DNA of 64,000 bases, taken from positions 7,540 through 71,539 of the forward strand of contig JAKUTR010000010.1 in the NCBI GenBank assembly GCA_022448725.1, given 5' to 3'. Position 1 is the stretch's first letter, and every line of letters begins with the position of its first letter. Shown here one piece after another: positions 40,307 to 49,974 of this stretch. The notes below the pieces were generated by a model that did no database searches, was not told where the DNA came from, and saw only the letters and a list, made by a program, of their open reading frames with translations. The stretch comes from SAR202 cluster bacterium. Lineage in GTDB: Bacteria > Chloroflexota > Dehalococcoidia > Lucifugimonadales > VXLM01. Made by a program: the position numbers and the translations under genes.

Positions 40307-41542
40307 GTGTCCAGACCCGTAATCCTCGTTGTCCTAATAGGGATAATCGTATCCATCCTTGGCGGAGCCATCGGCAACGCCTTTGGCCTAGGGTTCTTAG
40401 GCTCACCTATCGCACACATACAGCTCCCGGCAGAGCCGGTTTTCCCAAAACCTTTTATTGACACCGGCAGCGGTCTGATTGGTGATATCACAATTACCAA
40501 CACGATGGTCGCAAGTTGGATCACGATCGTGATTCTTGCGGCTGTCACCTTTACGGTGAATCGCAAGATCCGAGAGGTACCTGGGCGGATTCAAGGATTG
40601 GCCGAGGTTACGTTCGAATTCTTACTTGGGCTTGCAAGAAACATCGCTGGCGACAATGCGCGCCGTTTCTTCCCTCTGGCCATGACTATTTTCTTGTTCA
40701 TCCTCGTCAACAATTGGATAGGTATACTTCCAGGCTTTGGAACTATTGGCTGGGTCGAGTCTCCAGAAAAAGTGGTTCACCATGCTGAAGTCAAAGCAGA
40801 AAAAGACCATGGGCATGTGAATCTGGACACAGTCCACCTGCAAGTCTTTGAAGGCACCGGGCCAATCGTCCTGCTGCCTCCTGGCTCAATTGACAACCAC
40901 ATGAAGGTCAGCCAGGGCTATTACCTGACAGATGACGGAGGTCTGAAGGACGTACCTGAAGGCCAGTATCTAGATGACCATGGACATCTGAAGGACATAC
41001 CTGAAGGCCAGTATCTAGATGACCATGGACATCTAAAGGACATACCTGAAGGGGAAAATAAGGAAAATTGGTACGGATACGAGCGTAAAGTAAGCAAAGA
41101 AACACCCAACCTCTTGATAAAGAGCCAAACACCCGGCCTCTTGATACCTTACCTACGTAGCGCTAACAGCGACTTAAATACACCTCTTGCCCTGGCTCTT
41201 GTCGCAATGGTAATGATCCACTGGTGGGCGTTCAGTACCCTGGGTGTCTTTGGACACTTGGGGAAATTTATCAACTTCAAGCAGGGACCAATTATGTTCG
41301 TGGTTGGTATCCTAGAGATCATAGGAGAATTGGCACGTATTGTTAGCTTTACGTTCCGTCTCTTTGGTAATATCTTTGCTGGTGAAATGCTGCTGATCGT
41401 TATGGCGTTTTTATTGCCTGTCATCGGCATCATCCCATTCCTAGGAATGGAGCTGTTTGTAGGATTCATGCAGGCGACTGTCTTCGCAGTGCTCACGCTG
41501 CTGTTCGGCTCTATGGCAGTTGCTTCACATGATGAACACTAA
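40307..41542 (+). CDS. atpB: F0F1 ATP synthase subunit a, unusually long (411 aa) owing to an internal insertion
   Basis: Essential-Arg helix FRLFGNIFAGE, a DLNTPLALAL block and the conserved C-terminal helix. GTG start with AGAGGGA RBS. Residues ~149-280 have no counterpart in typical a-subunits, which I recall as roughly 230-270 aa. Confidence 0.9.
   Translation: MSRPVILVVLIGIIVSILGGAIGNAFGLGFLGSPIAHIQLPAEPVFPKPFIDTGSGLIGDITITNTMVASWITIVILAAVTFTVNRKIREVPGRIQGLAEVTFEFLLGLARNIAGDNARRFFPLAMTIFLFILVNNWIGILPGFGTIGWVESPEKVVHHAEVKAEKDHGHVNLDTVHLQVFEGTGPIVLLPPGSIDNHMKVSQGYYLTDDGGLKDVPEGQYLDDHGHLKDIPEGQYLDDHGHLKDIPEGENKENWYGYERKVSKETPNLLIKSQTPGLLIPYLRSANSDLNTPLALALVAMVMIHWWAFSTLGVFGHLGKFINFKQGPIMFVVGILEIIGELARIVSFTFRLFGNIFAGEMLLIVMAFLLPVIGIIPFLGMELFVGFMQATVFAVLTLLFGSMAVASHDEH
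40943..41052 (+). repeat. 45-nt in-frame tandem repeat, about 2.4 copies, inside atpB
   Basis: Unit 1 (40943-40987) and unit 2 (40988-41032) differ at 1 nt; a partial unit 3 follows (41033-41052). The repeats encode LKD(V/I)PEGQYLDDHGH. Confidence 0.95.
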
Positions 41543-41575
41543 TCGGAAAAGTGGGAATTTGGAACTAGTTAATAA

Positions 41576-41821
<246 letters not shown>

Positions 41822-41874
41822 TAAGTGCGGCCTCTATTACGCTTCGTATCAGAGTGCCGACTTAAGGAGAGAGC

Positions 41875-42375
41875 ATGGAAGCTCTAGGAATAAACCTCGC
41901 GCAACTCATCACCCAGACCGTTGGCTTTCTGGTTCTGCTTTGGCTGTTAAGTAAATTCTTGTATCGTCCTGTTCTCAAAGTGCTTGATGACAGATCCGAT
42001 CGTATCAAGGCAAGCCTAGACAGCGCAGCGAAAGCTAAAGAAGAGGCTGTAGAAACCCAAGCCAAAATAGAGAAGCAAATTCTTGAGGCGCGAGAGGAAG
42101 GCCAAGCACGTATCGCAGAAGCTCAGCAAATGGCAGAACGATTCCGTGAAGAACAGATGGCCAAAGCCCAAGAAGAGATCGTGGCCGAGAAAGAGCGTGC
42201 AGAAGCAGAGATTCAACGTGAAAGAGTTGCTGCAATTGAAGAACTACGCCGCGAATTTGCTAGTCTTGCTATCAACGCTGCCGAGCGGGTCGTGGATAGG
42301 TCTTTGGATTCCGGAGCCCACCAAGAAGTAATAGAAAAGGTACTTGAAGAAAGTACCTCGATCAAGCGGAGTTAG
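41875..42375 (+). CDS. atpF: F0F1 ATP synthase subunit b
   Basis: Single N-terminal TM helix followed by a long charged coiled coil; sits between c and delta. Confidence 0.88.
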   Translation: MEALGINLAQLITQTVGFLVLLWLLSKFLYRPVLKVLDDRSDRIKASLDSAAKAKEEAVETQAKIEKQILEAREEGQARIAEAQQMAERFREEQMAKAQEEIVAEKERAEAEIQRERVAAIEELRREFASLAINAAERVVDRSLDSGAHQEVIEKVLEESTSIKRS

Positions 42376-42383
42376 GAACTCCT

Positions 42384-42926
42384 ATGCCAAGAGCAGTTTC
42401 AGCGAGACGATACGCACAGGCCGTTTTCCGCATAGCGGTGGAAAATGACCAACTCGATGAATGGGCAGACGATCTGAATGTGCTAGCGGAAACTGCTGCT
42501 AACGAGGATGCGGCGGCGCTTCTCGATTCACCCCAGATTCCCCAAGCCCGTAAAATTGAAATAGTAGACCAACTACTTGGTAACTCTGTAGGATCGCTGG
42601 CTAAAAACTTGCTGGCACTTTTAGCAACCAGGAGTGTCACTACCGTTGTAGTCAGTATCAGCAACGAATACGAAACGTTACTCAACTCTTTACGAGGCGT
42701 AGAACGGGCAGAAGTGACAACCGCTGTCGAACTTGACGATGGCCAGAAAGATGCCATTGCATCTATTCTCGAAAGCATAGTTGGCAAACAGATACAAGTA
42801 TCCACCTACGTCGAACCAGGCATTATCGGTGGATTAATAGCGCGGGTGAACGATCAAGTAATTGACGGCAGTATCCGTGCGAGACTCCGTAATATGCATC
42901 AGGACATAGTTGGTCAAATATCGTAG
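42384..42926 (+). CDS. atpH: F0F1 ATP synthase subunit delta (OSCP)
   Basis: ARRYAQAVF N-terminus and C-terminal GGLIARVNDQVIDGSIR block. Confidence 0.9.
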   Translation: MPRAVSARRYAQAVFRIAVENDQLDEWADDLNVLAETAANEDAAALLDSPQIPQARKIEIVDQLLGNSVGSLAKNLLALLATRSVTTVVVSISNEYETLLNSLRGVERAEVTTAVELDDGQKDAIASILESIVGKQIQVSTYVEPGIIGGLIARVNDQVIDGSIRARLRNMHQDIVGQIS

Positions 42927-43039
42927 AAACAGAAACACAACTAAAGATATGTAACAACCGCCAAACATGTCGACGAATCAATCGGTTACGGCATAGTTAG
43001 CGACTCTAAATTGTACGTATCTGACCGCGGGAGGTTCCC

Positions 43040-44545
43040 ATGGCAGTTCGAGGACAGGACATAGCATCAGTAATTAAGCGCCAAATTGAAGAATTTGGGC
43101 AAGACTTGTCTATGGTTGACGTTGGTACCGTTGTTGAGGTTGGCGACGGCATAGCAAGAATCCACGGCCTATCGGGGGTGGGTGCTAACGAATTACTTGA
43201 GTTTGACGGTGGCACTGTTGGCATGGCACTTAACCTTGAAGAAGACAGTGTCGGCGCTGTCATTATGGGCGACCCTCTTGGTGTTCGAGAAGGCTCTGAA
43301 GTACGAGGTCTGGGACGAGTTGCAGAGGTTCCGGTTGGTGAGGCAATGCTGGGACGTGTAGTAGATGGGATTGGTCGCCCAATTGATGGCAAGGGCCCAA
43401 TTAAGACAACTGAGACCCGCCCGGTAGAATTTGTGGCGCCTGACGTAGCATCACGGCAGGAGGTCAATGTGCCTATGCAAACTGGCATCAAAGCAATTGA
43501 CGCCATGGTGCCTATTGGTCGGGGGCAGCGTGAACTGATTATCGGGGATCGATCTACAGGCAAAACTGCGATCTGCTCCGACACCATTATTAACCAGAAG
43601 AACGGTGATCTGATCTGCATCTACGTTGCTATTGGACAGAAAGTCGGCAAGGTCGCGCAGATCCAAACATTGCTGGAAGAGACAGGAGCGCTAGAACATA
43701 CGATCATTGTGGCCGCCAACGCCTCTGATTCAGCACCCCTTCAATATTTAGCACCATATACTGGCTGCGCCATCGGAGAATATTTTATGTACAAAGGCCA
43801 AGATGCCGTCATCATGTATGACGACCTTTCGAAGCATGCTTGGGCATACCGACAAATGTCTCTCTTACTCCGACGCCCACCAGGCCGTGAAGCGTATCCA
43901 GGGGATGTATTCTATCTTCACAGCCGGCTGCTCGAACGCGCTGCCCGTGTGTCGGAAGAACTCGGTGGTGGATCCTTAACTGCTCTACCCGTTATCGAAA
44001 CGCTTGCTGGTGACGTATCAGCATATGTACCAACAAACGTTATCTCGATTACTGACGGCCAGATATATCTTGAACCGGAGTTGTTCAACTCTGGGATCAG
44101 GCCTGCCGTAAACGCAGGTCTGTCCGTTTCGCGAGTAGGAGGCAATGCGCAAACCCGGGCAATGAAAGGTGTAGCTGGACGGCTACGTATAGAATTAGCA
44201 CAATACCGGGAGCTTGCTACATTTGCACAGTTCGGTACCTCGGACCTCGACGCAGCGACTCGAAGACAACTCGAACGTGGCCAACGGTCTGTAGAGGTGC
44301 TGAAACAAGATCAGAGTGTTCCTCTAACGATGGAACAGCAGGTAGTAGTTATGTACGCGCTAGTAAACGGCCACCTTGATGACGTCGATGTCACTAAGGT
44401 TCAGAGCTTTGAAGAGGCTCTTCATAACTTTATGCAATCAAATCACCCTGGGATTCTAAAAAGCATTGCTGATGAAAAAGACATCAAAGATACTGATAGT
44501 TTAGATAAAGCAATCAGTGACTTTAAACAGAGTGTACCTTACTAG
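43040..44545 (+). CDS. atpA: F0F1 ATP synthase subunit alpha
   Basis: Walker A GDRSTGKT and alpha-specific blocks ([42 protein letters not shown]). Confidence 0.98.
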   Translation: MAVRGQDIASVIKRQIEEFGQDLSMVDVGTVVEVGDGIARIHGLSGVGANELLEFDGGTVGMALNLEEDSVGAVIMGDPLGVREGSEVRGLGRVAEVPVGEAMLGRVVDGIGRPIDGKGPIKTTETRPVEFVAPDVASRQEVNVPMQTGIKAIDAMVPIGRGQRELIIGDRSTGKTAICSDTIINQKNGDLICIYVAIGQKVGKVAQIQTLLEETGALEHTIIVAANASDSAPLQYLAPYTGCAIGEYFMYKGQDAVIMYDDLSKHAWAYRQMSLLLRRPPGREAYPGDVFYLHSRLLERAARVSEELGGGSLTALPVIETLAGDVSAYVPTNVISITDGQIYLEPELFNSGIRPAVNAGLSVSRVGGNAQTRAMKGVAGRLRIELAQYRELATFAQFGTSDLDAATRRQLERGQRSVEVLKQDQSVPLTMEQQVVVMYALVNGHLDDVDVTKVQSFEEALHNFMQSNHPGILKSIADEKDIKDTDSLDKAISDFKQSVPY

Positions 44546-44546
44546 A

Positions 44547-44834
44547 ATGCAAAGGGTTCTTATTGTGGGTCGACAACAAACTATGATCGATAAGGTAACT
44601 TCCACTCTTGAACTGGAAGGTTATTCGGTGAGTAGCACACTTTCGGACGATGTCGCTGTCGATTTGGCAACTTCATCAGATTTTGATGCGGTACTTATAG
44701 GTAGCGGAGTGTCAGAGCCAGACCGCTTGAAGCTGAAGGGCGATGTTCTTAGAGTCCAACCATCTACCAAAGTAGCGCAAGCTCACGGCCCCGAATCCGT
44801 AGTGACGGTCCTAAGACAAGCTTTTAGATCATAA
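44547..44834 (+). CDS. hypothetical 95-aa protein with a receiver/flavodoxin-like alternating beta-alpha pattern, lacking the phospho-acceptor residues; embedded in the atp operon
   Basis: ATG 1 nt after the atpA stop; stop 13 nt before the atpG TTG. The sequence MQRVLIVGRQQTMIDKVTSTLELEGYSVSS...FDAVLIGSGVSEPDR aligns by eye to CheY beta1-alpha1-beta2-alpha2-beta3, with G/R in place of DD and G in place of the phospho-Asp. Confidence 0.5.
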   Translation: MQRVLIVGRQQTMIDKVTSTLELEGYSVSSTLSDDVAVDLATSSDFDAVLIGSGVSEPDRLKLKGDVLRVQPSTKVAQAHGPESVVTVLRQAFRS

Positions 44835-44847
44835 GGAAAATTATCGA

Positions 44848-45711
44848 TTGCCTAGCGTAAGACAAATAAAGAGACGTATCCGGAGTGTCGAGAACACCGC
44901 TAAGATTACCAAAGCGATGTCAATGATAGCTGCATCAAAAATGCGCCGGACACAGGAAGCGGCTCTCCAAAGCAGACCATACTCAGATCACCTACGCCAA
45001 CTGCTTGCGGATTTAGCTGCACAACCGCATGAAGAGGAAAAACTGAGCCCTCTTCTTGAAACAAGGGTTGTCCAACGCCTACAAGTAATCGTTATCACAC
45101 CAGACCGTGGGTTGACTGGTGGACTAAATTCGAGCATCAACCGCACTGCCGCACAGTTTCTCATCGACCACGAAGGTATTGAAACTACGGTGGTAGCGGT
45201 GGGCAAAAAAGGTAGTGAGTTCATGGCTCGCACCGGGCAAAATGTCAAAGCAGTTTTTACGGACCTGGGAGATCGTCCAAACATCGAAGACATTCGTCCA
45301 ATAGCAACGATTGTAAGCAACCAATATGCGAATGCCGAAGTCGATGCGGTGTATTTGGCATACAGTGACTTCGTCAGTACTGTTTCTCAGAAACCTGTCG
45401 TTCTTCCACTTTTACCAGTAATCCCTGCAGCGCTACAAGACAAGGACATGGTTGGCTACATATATGAACCCAATAGCCAAGAAGTGCTCAGTGCACTACT
45501 GCCAAGATTTGTAGAGATGCAAATTTATCATGCGGTCCTCGAGGCAATCGCCAGCGAGCAGTCAGCACGCATGGTAGCGATGAGAAACGCAACGGATAAC
45601 GCGAATCAGATGGTTGATGACCTGACACTTGTGATGAATAAAGCACGACAAGAGTCAATAACAACAGAGCTGCTAGACATCGTAGGTGGTGCAGCAGCTG
45701 TCGAGGCTTAG
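44848..45711 (+). CDS. atpG: F0F1 ATP synthase subunit gamma
   Basis: IKRRIRSVENTAKITKAMSMIAASKMRR N-terminus and C-terminal ITTELLDIVGGAAA. TTG start with AAGGAAA RBS. Confidence 0.95.
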   Translation: MPSVRQIKRRIRSVENTAKITKAMSMIAASKMRRTQEAALQSRPYSDHLRQLLADLAAQPHEEEKLSPLLETRVVQRLQVIVITPDRGLTGGLNSSINRTAAQFLIDHEGIETTVVAVGKKGSEFMARTGQNVKAVFTDLGDRPNIEDIRPIATIVSNQYANAEVDAVYLAYSDFVSTVSQKPVVLPLLPVIPAALQDKDMVGYIYEPNSQEVLSALLPRFVEMQIYHAVLEAIASEQSARMVAMRNATDNANQMVDDLTLVMNKARQESITTELLDIVGGAAAVEA

Positions 45712-47124
<1,413 letters not shown>

Positions 47125-47553
47125 ATGGCATCGTTTCAACTCGAAATTGTTACTGCCGAGCGAATAGTGTACTCCGAGCAGGTGGACCTGCTCGTAGCCC
47201 CAGGCACCGACGGTGAACTTGGGATATTACCCAATCACTCCCCCCTATTAACTACGTTGAAGGCCGGTGAAATTTGTGTCGAGCAAAATGATGAAAGAAA
47301 TTATATTGCTGTCACTGGTGGATTCTTGGAAGTAATCGGTAACAAAGCAACTATCCTTGCAGACACCGCAGAGTACGCAGATGAAATTAACGAAGAACGG
47401 GCAGAGGAAGCGATGAAACGCGCGGAGCAAAGAGTCGAGTCATCTACTTCTGCAATGGATCTGGAACGAGCTGTCGCTGCAATGCGTAGATCACAAGTAA
47501 GACTCCGGGTAGCCCGCCGAAAGCGGACCTCAAATAGTACGAGCCGCTCGTAG
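47125..47553 (+). CDS. atpC: F0F1 ATP synthase subunit epsilon
   Basis: N-terminal beta-sandwich blocks (LEIVTAERIVY, GELGILPNHSPLLT) and C-terminal helices. The ATG immediately follows the atpD stop. Confidence 0.92.
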   Translation: MASFQLEIVTAERIVYSEQVDLLVAPGTDGELGILPNHSPLLTTLKAGEICVEQNDERNYIAVTGGFLEVIGNKATILADTAEYADEINEERAEEAMKRAEQRVESSTSAMDLERAVAAMRRSQVRLRVARRKRTSNSTSRS

Positions 47554-47555
47554 AG

Positions 47556-48224
47556 CTAGCCGGGTATCAGCGGATTCACACCCTTTTTCATTAGGTAGAA
47601 GGTCATAGACTGTAAAGACAGTACTGGATCAATGTTCCTGATCACTGTATCGGGTGGAACCACAGGCGCAATAGGAGCGTAATTTAAAATACCCCGAACA
47701 CCGGCTAGAACCAGTTCATCAATCACAGGTTGGGCTTGGACTGATGGTACAGCGACAATCCCAATAGAAATGTTGTACTCATTTATGGTCTTGGTCAGTG
47801 CATCCATAGAAATAACTTCGATCCCACCAAGTTTGCGCCCAATCTGACTTGCATCACTATCAAATGCCGCAACAACATTGAATCCCTCAGGCACAAAACC
47901 CGGGTAGTTAATAATCGCTTCTCCCAAACGTCCAACTCCAATCAAGCAAGCAGGCCAATTCTGATCTAATCCTAAGATCTGTTGTAACTCATCGCGCAAG
48001 AATTTAACGTCGTAGCCTTTGCCTTGCTTACCAAATCTACCAAAGTAGCTCAAATCCTTGCGAATCTGGGCTGGGGTCATCTGTAACAGTGTGCCCAGAT
48101 CATGGGAACTAACAACCATTGATCTGGATTCCAATAACTGGGTTAGTGCACGTATATACATTGGCAGTCGGAGGACGACTACGTCTGGGACCATTGCTGG
48201 AGTCAAGACTTCGTTCTGAGTCAT
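47556..48224 (-). CDS. rex: redox-sensing transcriptional repressor Rex
   Basis: Winged-helix blocks (LRLPMYIRAL, IRKDLSYFGRFGKQGKGYDV) and Rossmann motif GVGRLGEAI...AAFD...GIVAVPS..AQ...GILNYAP. Start moved to MTQNEV (ATG 48224, GGAG RBS) so that the operator lies upstream. Confidence 0.9.
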   Translation of the reverse strand: MTQNEVLTPAMVPDVVVLRLPMYIRALTQLLESRSMVVSSHDLGTLLQMTPAQIRKDLSYFGRFGKQGKGYDVKFLRDELQQILGLDQNWPACLIGVGRLGEAIINYPGFVPEGFNVVAAFDSDASQIGRKLGGIEVISMDALTKTINEYNISIGIVAVPSVQAQPVIDELVLAGVRGILNYAPIAPVVPPDTVIRNIDPVLSLQSMTFYLMKKGVNPLIPG

Positions 48225-48247
48225 GGTTAGATCTCCAGAGGCACTGT

Positions 48248-48265
48248 CTGTGACACGCTTCACAA
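48248..48265. promoter_or_regulatory. candidate Rex operator upstream of rex (autoregulation)
   Basis: The minus strand reads TTGTGAAGCGTGTCACAG, i.e. TGTGA-N6-TCACA as a perfect inverted repeat. It matches 12 of the 14 specified positions of TTGTGAA-N4-TTCACAA and lies 24 nt upstream of the rex ATG. Confidence 0.55.
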
Positions 48266-48280
48266 ACTTACCACCTTGTT

Positions 48281-48309
48281 ATTCTAATCGTAGTCTAGTA
48301 CATCGTCAA
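48281..48309 (-). promoter_or_regulatory. candidate promoter for rex
   Basis: Minus strand: TTGACG (48309-48304), 17-nt spacer, TAGAAT (48286-48281). The Rex box starts 15 nt downstream of the -10. Confidence 0.5.
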
Positions 48310-48370
48310 TCTGACAAGATTCAGCAATCGCACTTAGTGTATTTCAAAATATCCTAATAGCTCGTTTATG

Positions 48371-48399
48371 GCTTCGTGATGCCGCGCACGAGCTTTTTT
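48371..48399 (+). terminator. intrinsic-terminator-like hairpin on the + strand in the rex / citrate synthase intergenic region
   Basis: GCT(T)CGTG / CACGAGC stem (7 bp, one bulge) with an 8-nt loop, followed by TTTTTT. It ends 3 nt before the -35 of the citrate synthase promoter. Confidence 0.45.
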
Positions 48400-48402
48400 A
48401 TA

Positions 48403-48431
48403 TTGACTTATAAATACGAAAATGGTACGAT
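48403..48431 (+). promoter_or_regulatory. candidate promoter for citrate synthase
   Basis: TTGACT (48403-48408), 17-nt spacer, TACGAT (48426-48431). Confidence 0.5.
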
Positions 48432-48477
48432 GCCGGCCTGTTAATCGCTATCGAATGAAAACTTAGAGTGCAAGCTA

Positions 48478-49641
48478 ATGCCCGACAGTAACAAGGTCGA
48501 ACTGAAGAAGGGATTCAAAGACGTTTACTTTGACCGAACCACGACGAGTCAGATCAGTTCGAAGCCTGGGAAACTGTTATACCGCGGATTCAATATAGAC
48601 GACCTAGCTGAGCATTCAACTTTTGAAGAGACCACCTCCCTTCTACTCTATGGACACCTTCCTACAGCGTCCGAGTTGGATGCCGTCGAGGATAAGCTTA
48701 AGGGGTACCGTGCGCTACCTGATGAAGTAAAACAGATCATCACGATAATGAGGCTCCAGCACCCCATGGACGTGCTACGCACTTGCGTATCGGTTATGGG
48801 GATGTCCGATGCAGATGATATGTCGACAGAGTCAAAAGACATCGCCGAAAAAGGTCTTCGGCTCACTGCGGCTATCTCAACCATCGTAGCAACTCACACT
48901 CGACTACGTAACGGGCTAGAGGTTATCGAGCCAGATACATCTTTGGGGCACGCGGCAAATTTCCTCAAGATGCTTAGGGGTGTAAATCCTTCAACCGAGG
49001 ATGCCCGATTAATCGATAAAGACTTGATCCTCCATGCTGAACATGGAGCCAATGCATCGACCTTTGTTGCTCGTATTGCTGCATCAACGAGAGCAGACTT
49101 CTATGCGGCTATAACCGCAGCAATCGCAACACTGAAAGGCCCGAGACACGGAGGCGCAGCTGAAGGAGCCATGAAGATGGCTCAAGAAGTGGGAACAGTT
49201 GAGAATGCGGAGAATTACGTGAATGGTCTACTCGAGAAAGGTGAGCGGGTTATGGGTTTTGGCCATGCAGTATACCGTGACATAGATCCAAGATCTCGGC
49301 ACTTGCGTACGGATGCCAAAGAGCTCGGCGAGCGAGTAGGCCAACCGAAGTGGTACTCGATAATCGAAGCTGTGACCGAGACAAAAGCAATGAAACGACG
49401 TGCTCGCTTAGGGCTAAACCCCAATGTGGATCTCTGGTCAGGTGCGATTTATTCGTTGTTGGGCATCCCAGATGATTTATTCGTCCCAATATTTGCTATG
49501 GGACGAATGCCTGGCTGGACAGCTCATACAATGGAGCAACTCTCCGTGAGCGACATCCTCCGGCCAAGGCTGCTCTACTCTGGCCCCGAAGATCGCCAAT
49601 ATACGCCAATTGAGGAACGAGTAGGTACAGAGACTTCGTAG
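48478..49641 (+). CDS. citrate synthase (or 2-methylcitrate synthase) family protein
   Basis: Active-site blocks LILHAEHGANAST, GPRHGGA and MGFGHAVYRDIDPR; 387 aa. Sequence alone cannot separate citrate from methylcitrate specificity. Confidence 0.88.
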   Translation: MPDSNKVELKKGFKDVYFDRTTTSQISSKPGKLLYRGFNIDDLAEHSTFEETTSLLLYGHLPTASELDAVEDKLKGYRALPDEVKQIITIMRLQHPMDVLRTCVSVMGMSDADDMSTESKDIAEKGLRLTAAISTIVATHTRLRNGLEVIEPDTSLGHAANFLKMLRGVNPSTEDARLIDKDLILHAEHGANASTFVARIAASTRADFYAAITAAIATLKGPRHGGAAEGAMKMAQEVGTVENAENYVNGLLEKGERVMGFGHAVYRDIDPRSRHLRTDAKELGERVGQPKWYSIIEAVTETKAMKRRARLGLNPNVDLWSGAIYSLLGIPDDLFVPIFAMGRMPGWTAHTMEQLSVSDILRPRLLYSGPEDRQYTPIEERVGTETS

Positions 49642-49661
49642 ACAATGGAAGGAACATTGCA

Positions 49662-49892
49662 ATGGCAGAGTCAATCGTAAAAGAGGATTCTACTGATACT
49701 GGGTGCAAGCACCGGTGGAAAATTGCGAGCCCTAACGGTCCAACTAGCGAAGGGGTTTGCCTAGACTGCGGTGCAATTGACGAATTTAAGAATAGTATGC
49801 CTGTATCGGGGTGGGATCGAGATGGCGCCAAAAATGACAAAAAGGGCAAAGACCAAAAAGATAACAAGACTCCCTCAGCATCCTCAAAGTGA
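49662..49892 (+). CDS. hypothetical small Cys/His protein with Lys-rich tail (76 aa)
   Basis: GGAAGGAA RBS. Possible zinc-binding arrangement CKH...CLDC. Starts 20 nt after the citrate synthase stop. No family recognised. Confidence 0.45.
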   Translation: MAESIVKEDSTDTGCKHRWKIASPNGPTSEGVCLDCGAIDEFKNSMPVSGWDRDGAKNDKKGKDQKDNKTPSASSK

Positions 49893-49974
49893 CCAGTATC
49901 GCAAGTTCTGCTGAAACCCGAAATTAGTTAGTTGAACTACGGCATGGTTACTGCCGCCCCATTTTCCGATCCCC

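Noticed and set aside
40943-41052. Considered whether the regularly spaced repeats in atpB (and at 35083-35136 in nusA) could be a CRISPR-like or other non-coding array.
   Set aside because: The units are directly adjacent with no spacers, are in frame within conserved genes, and number only two to three copies. They are coding tandem repeats.
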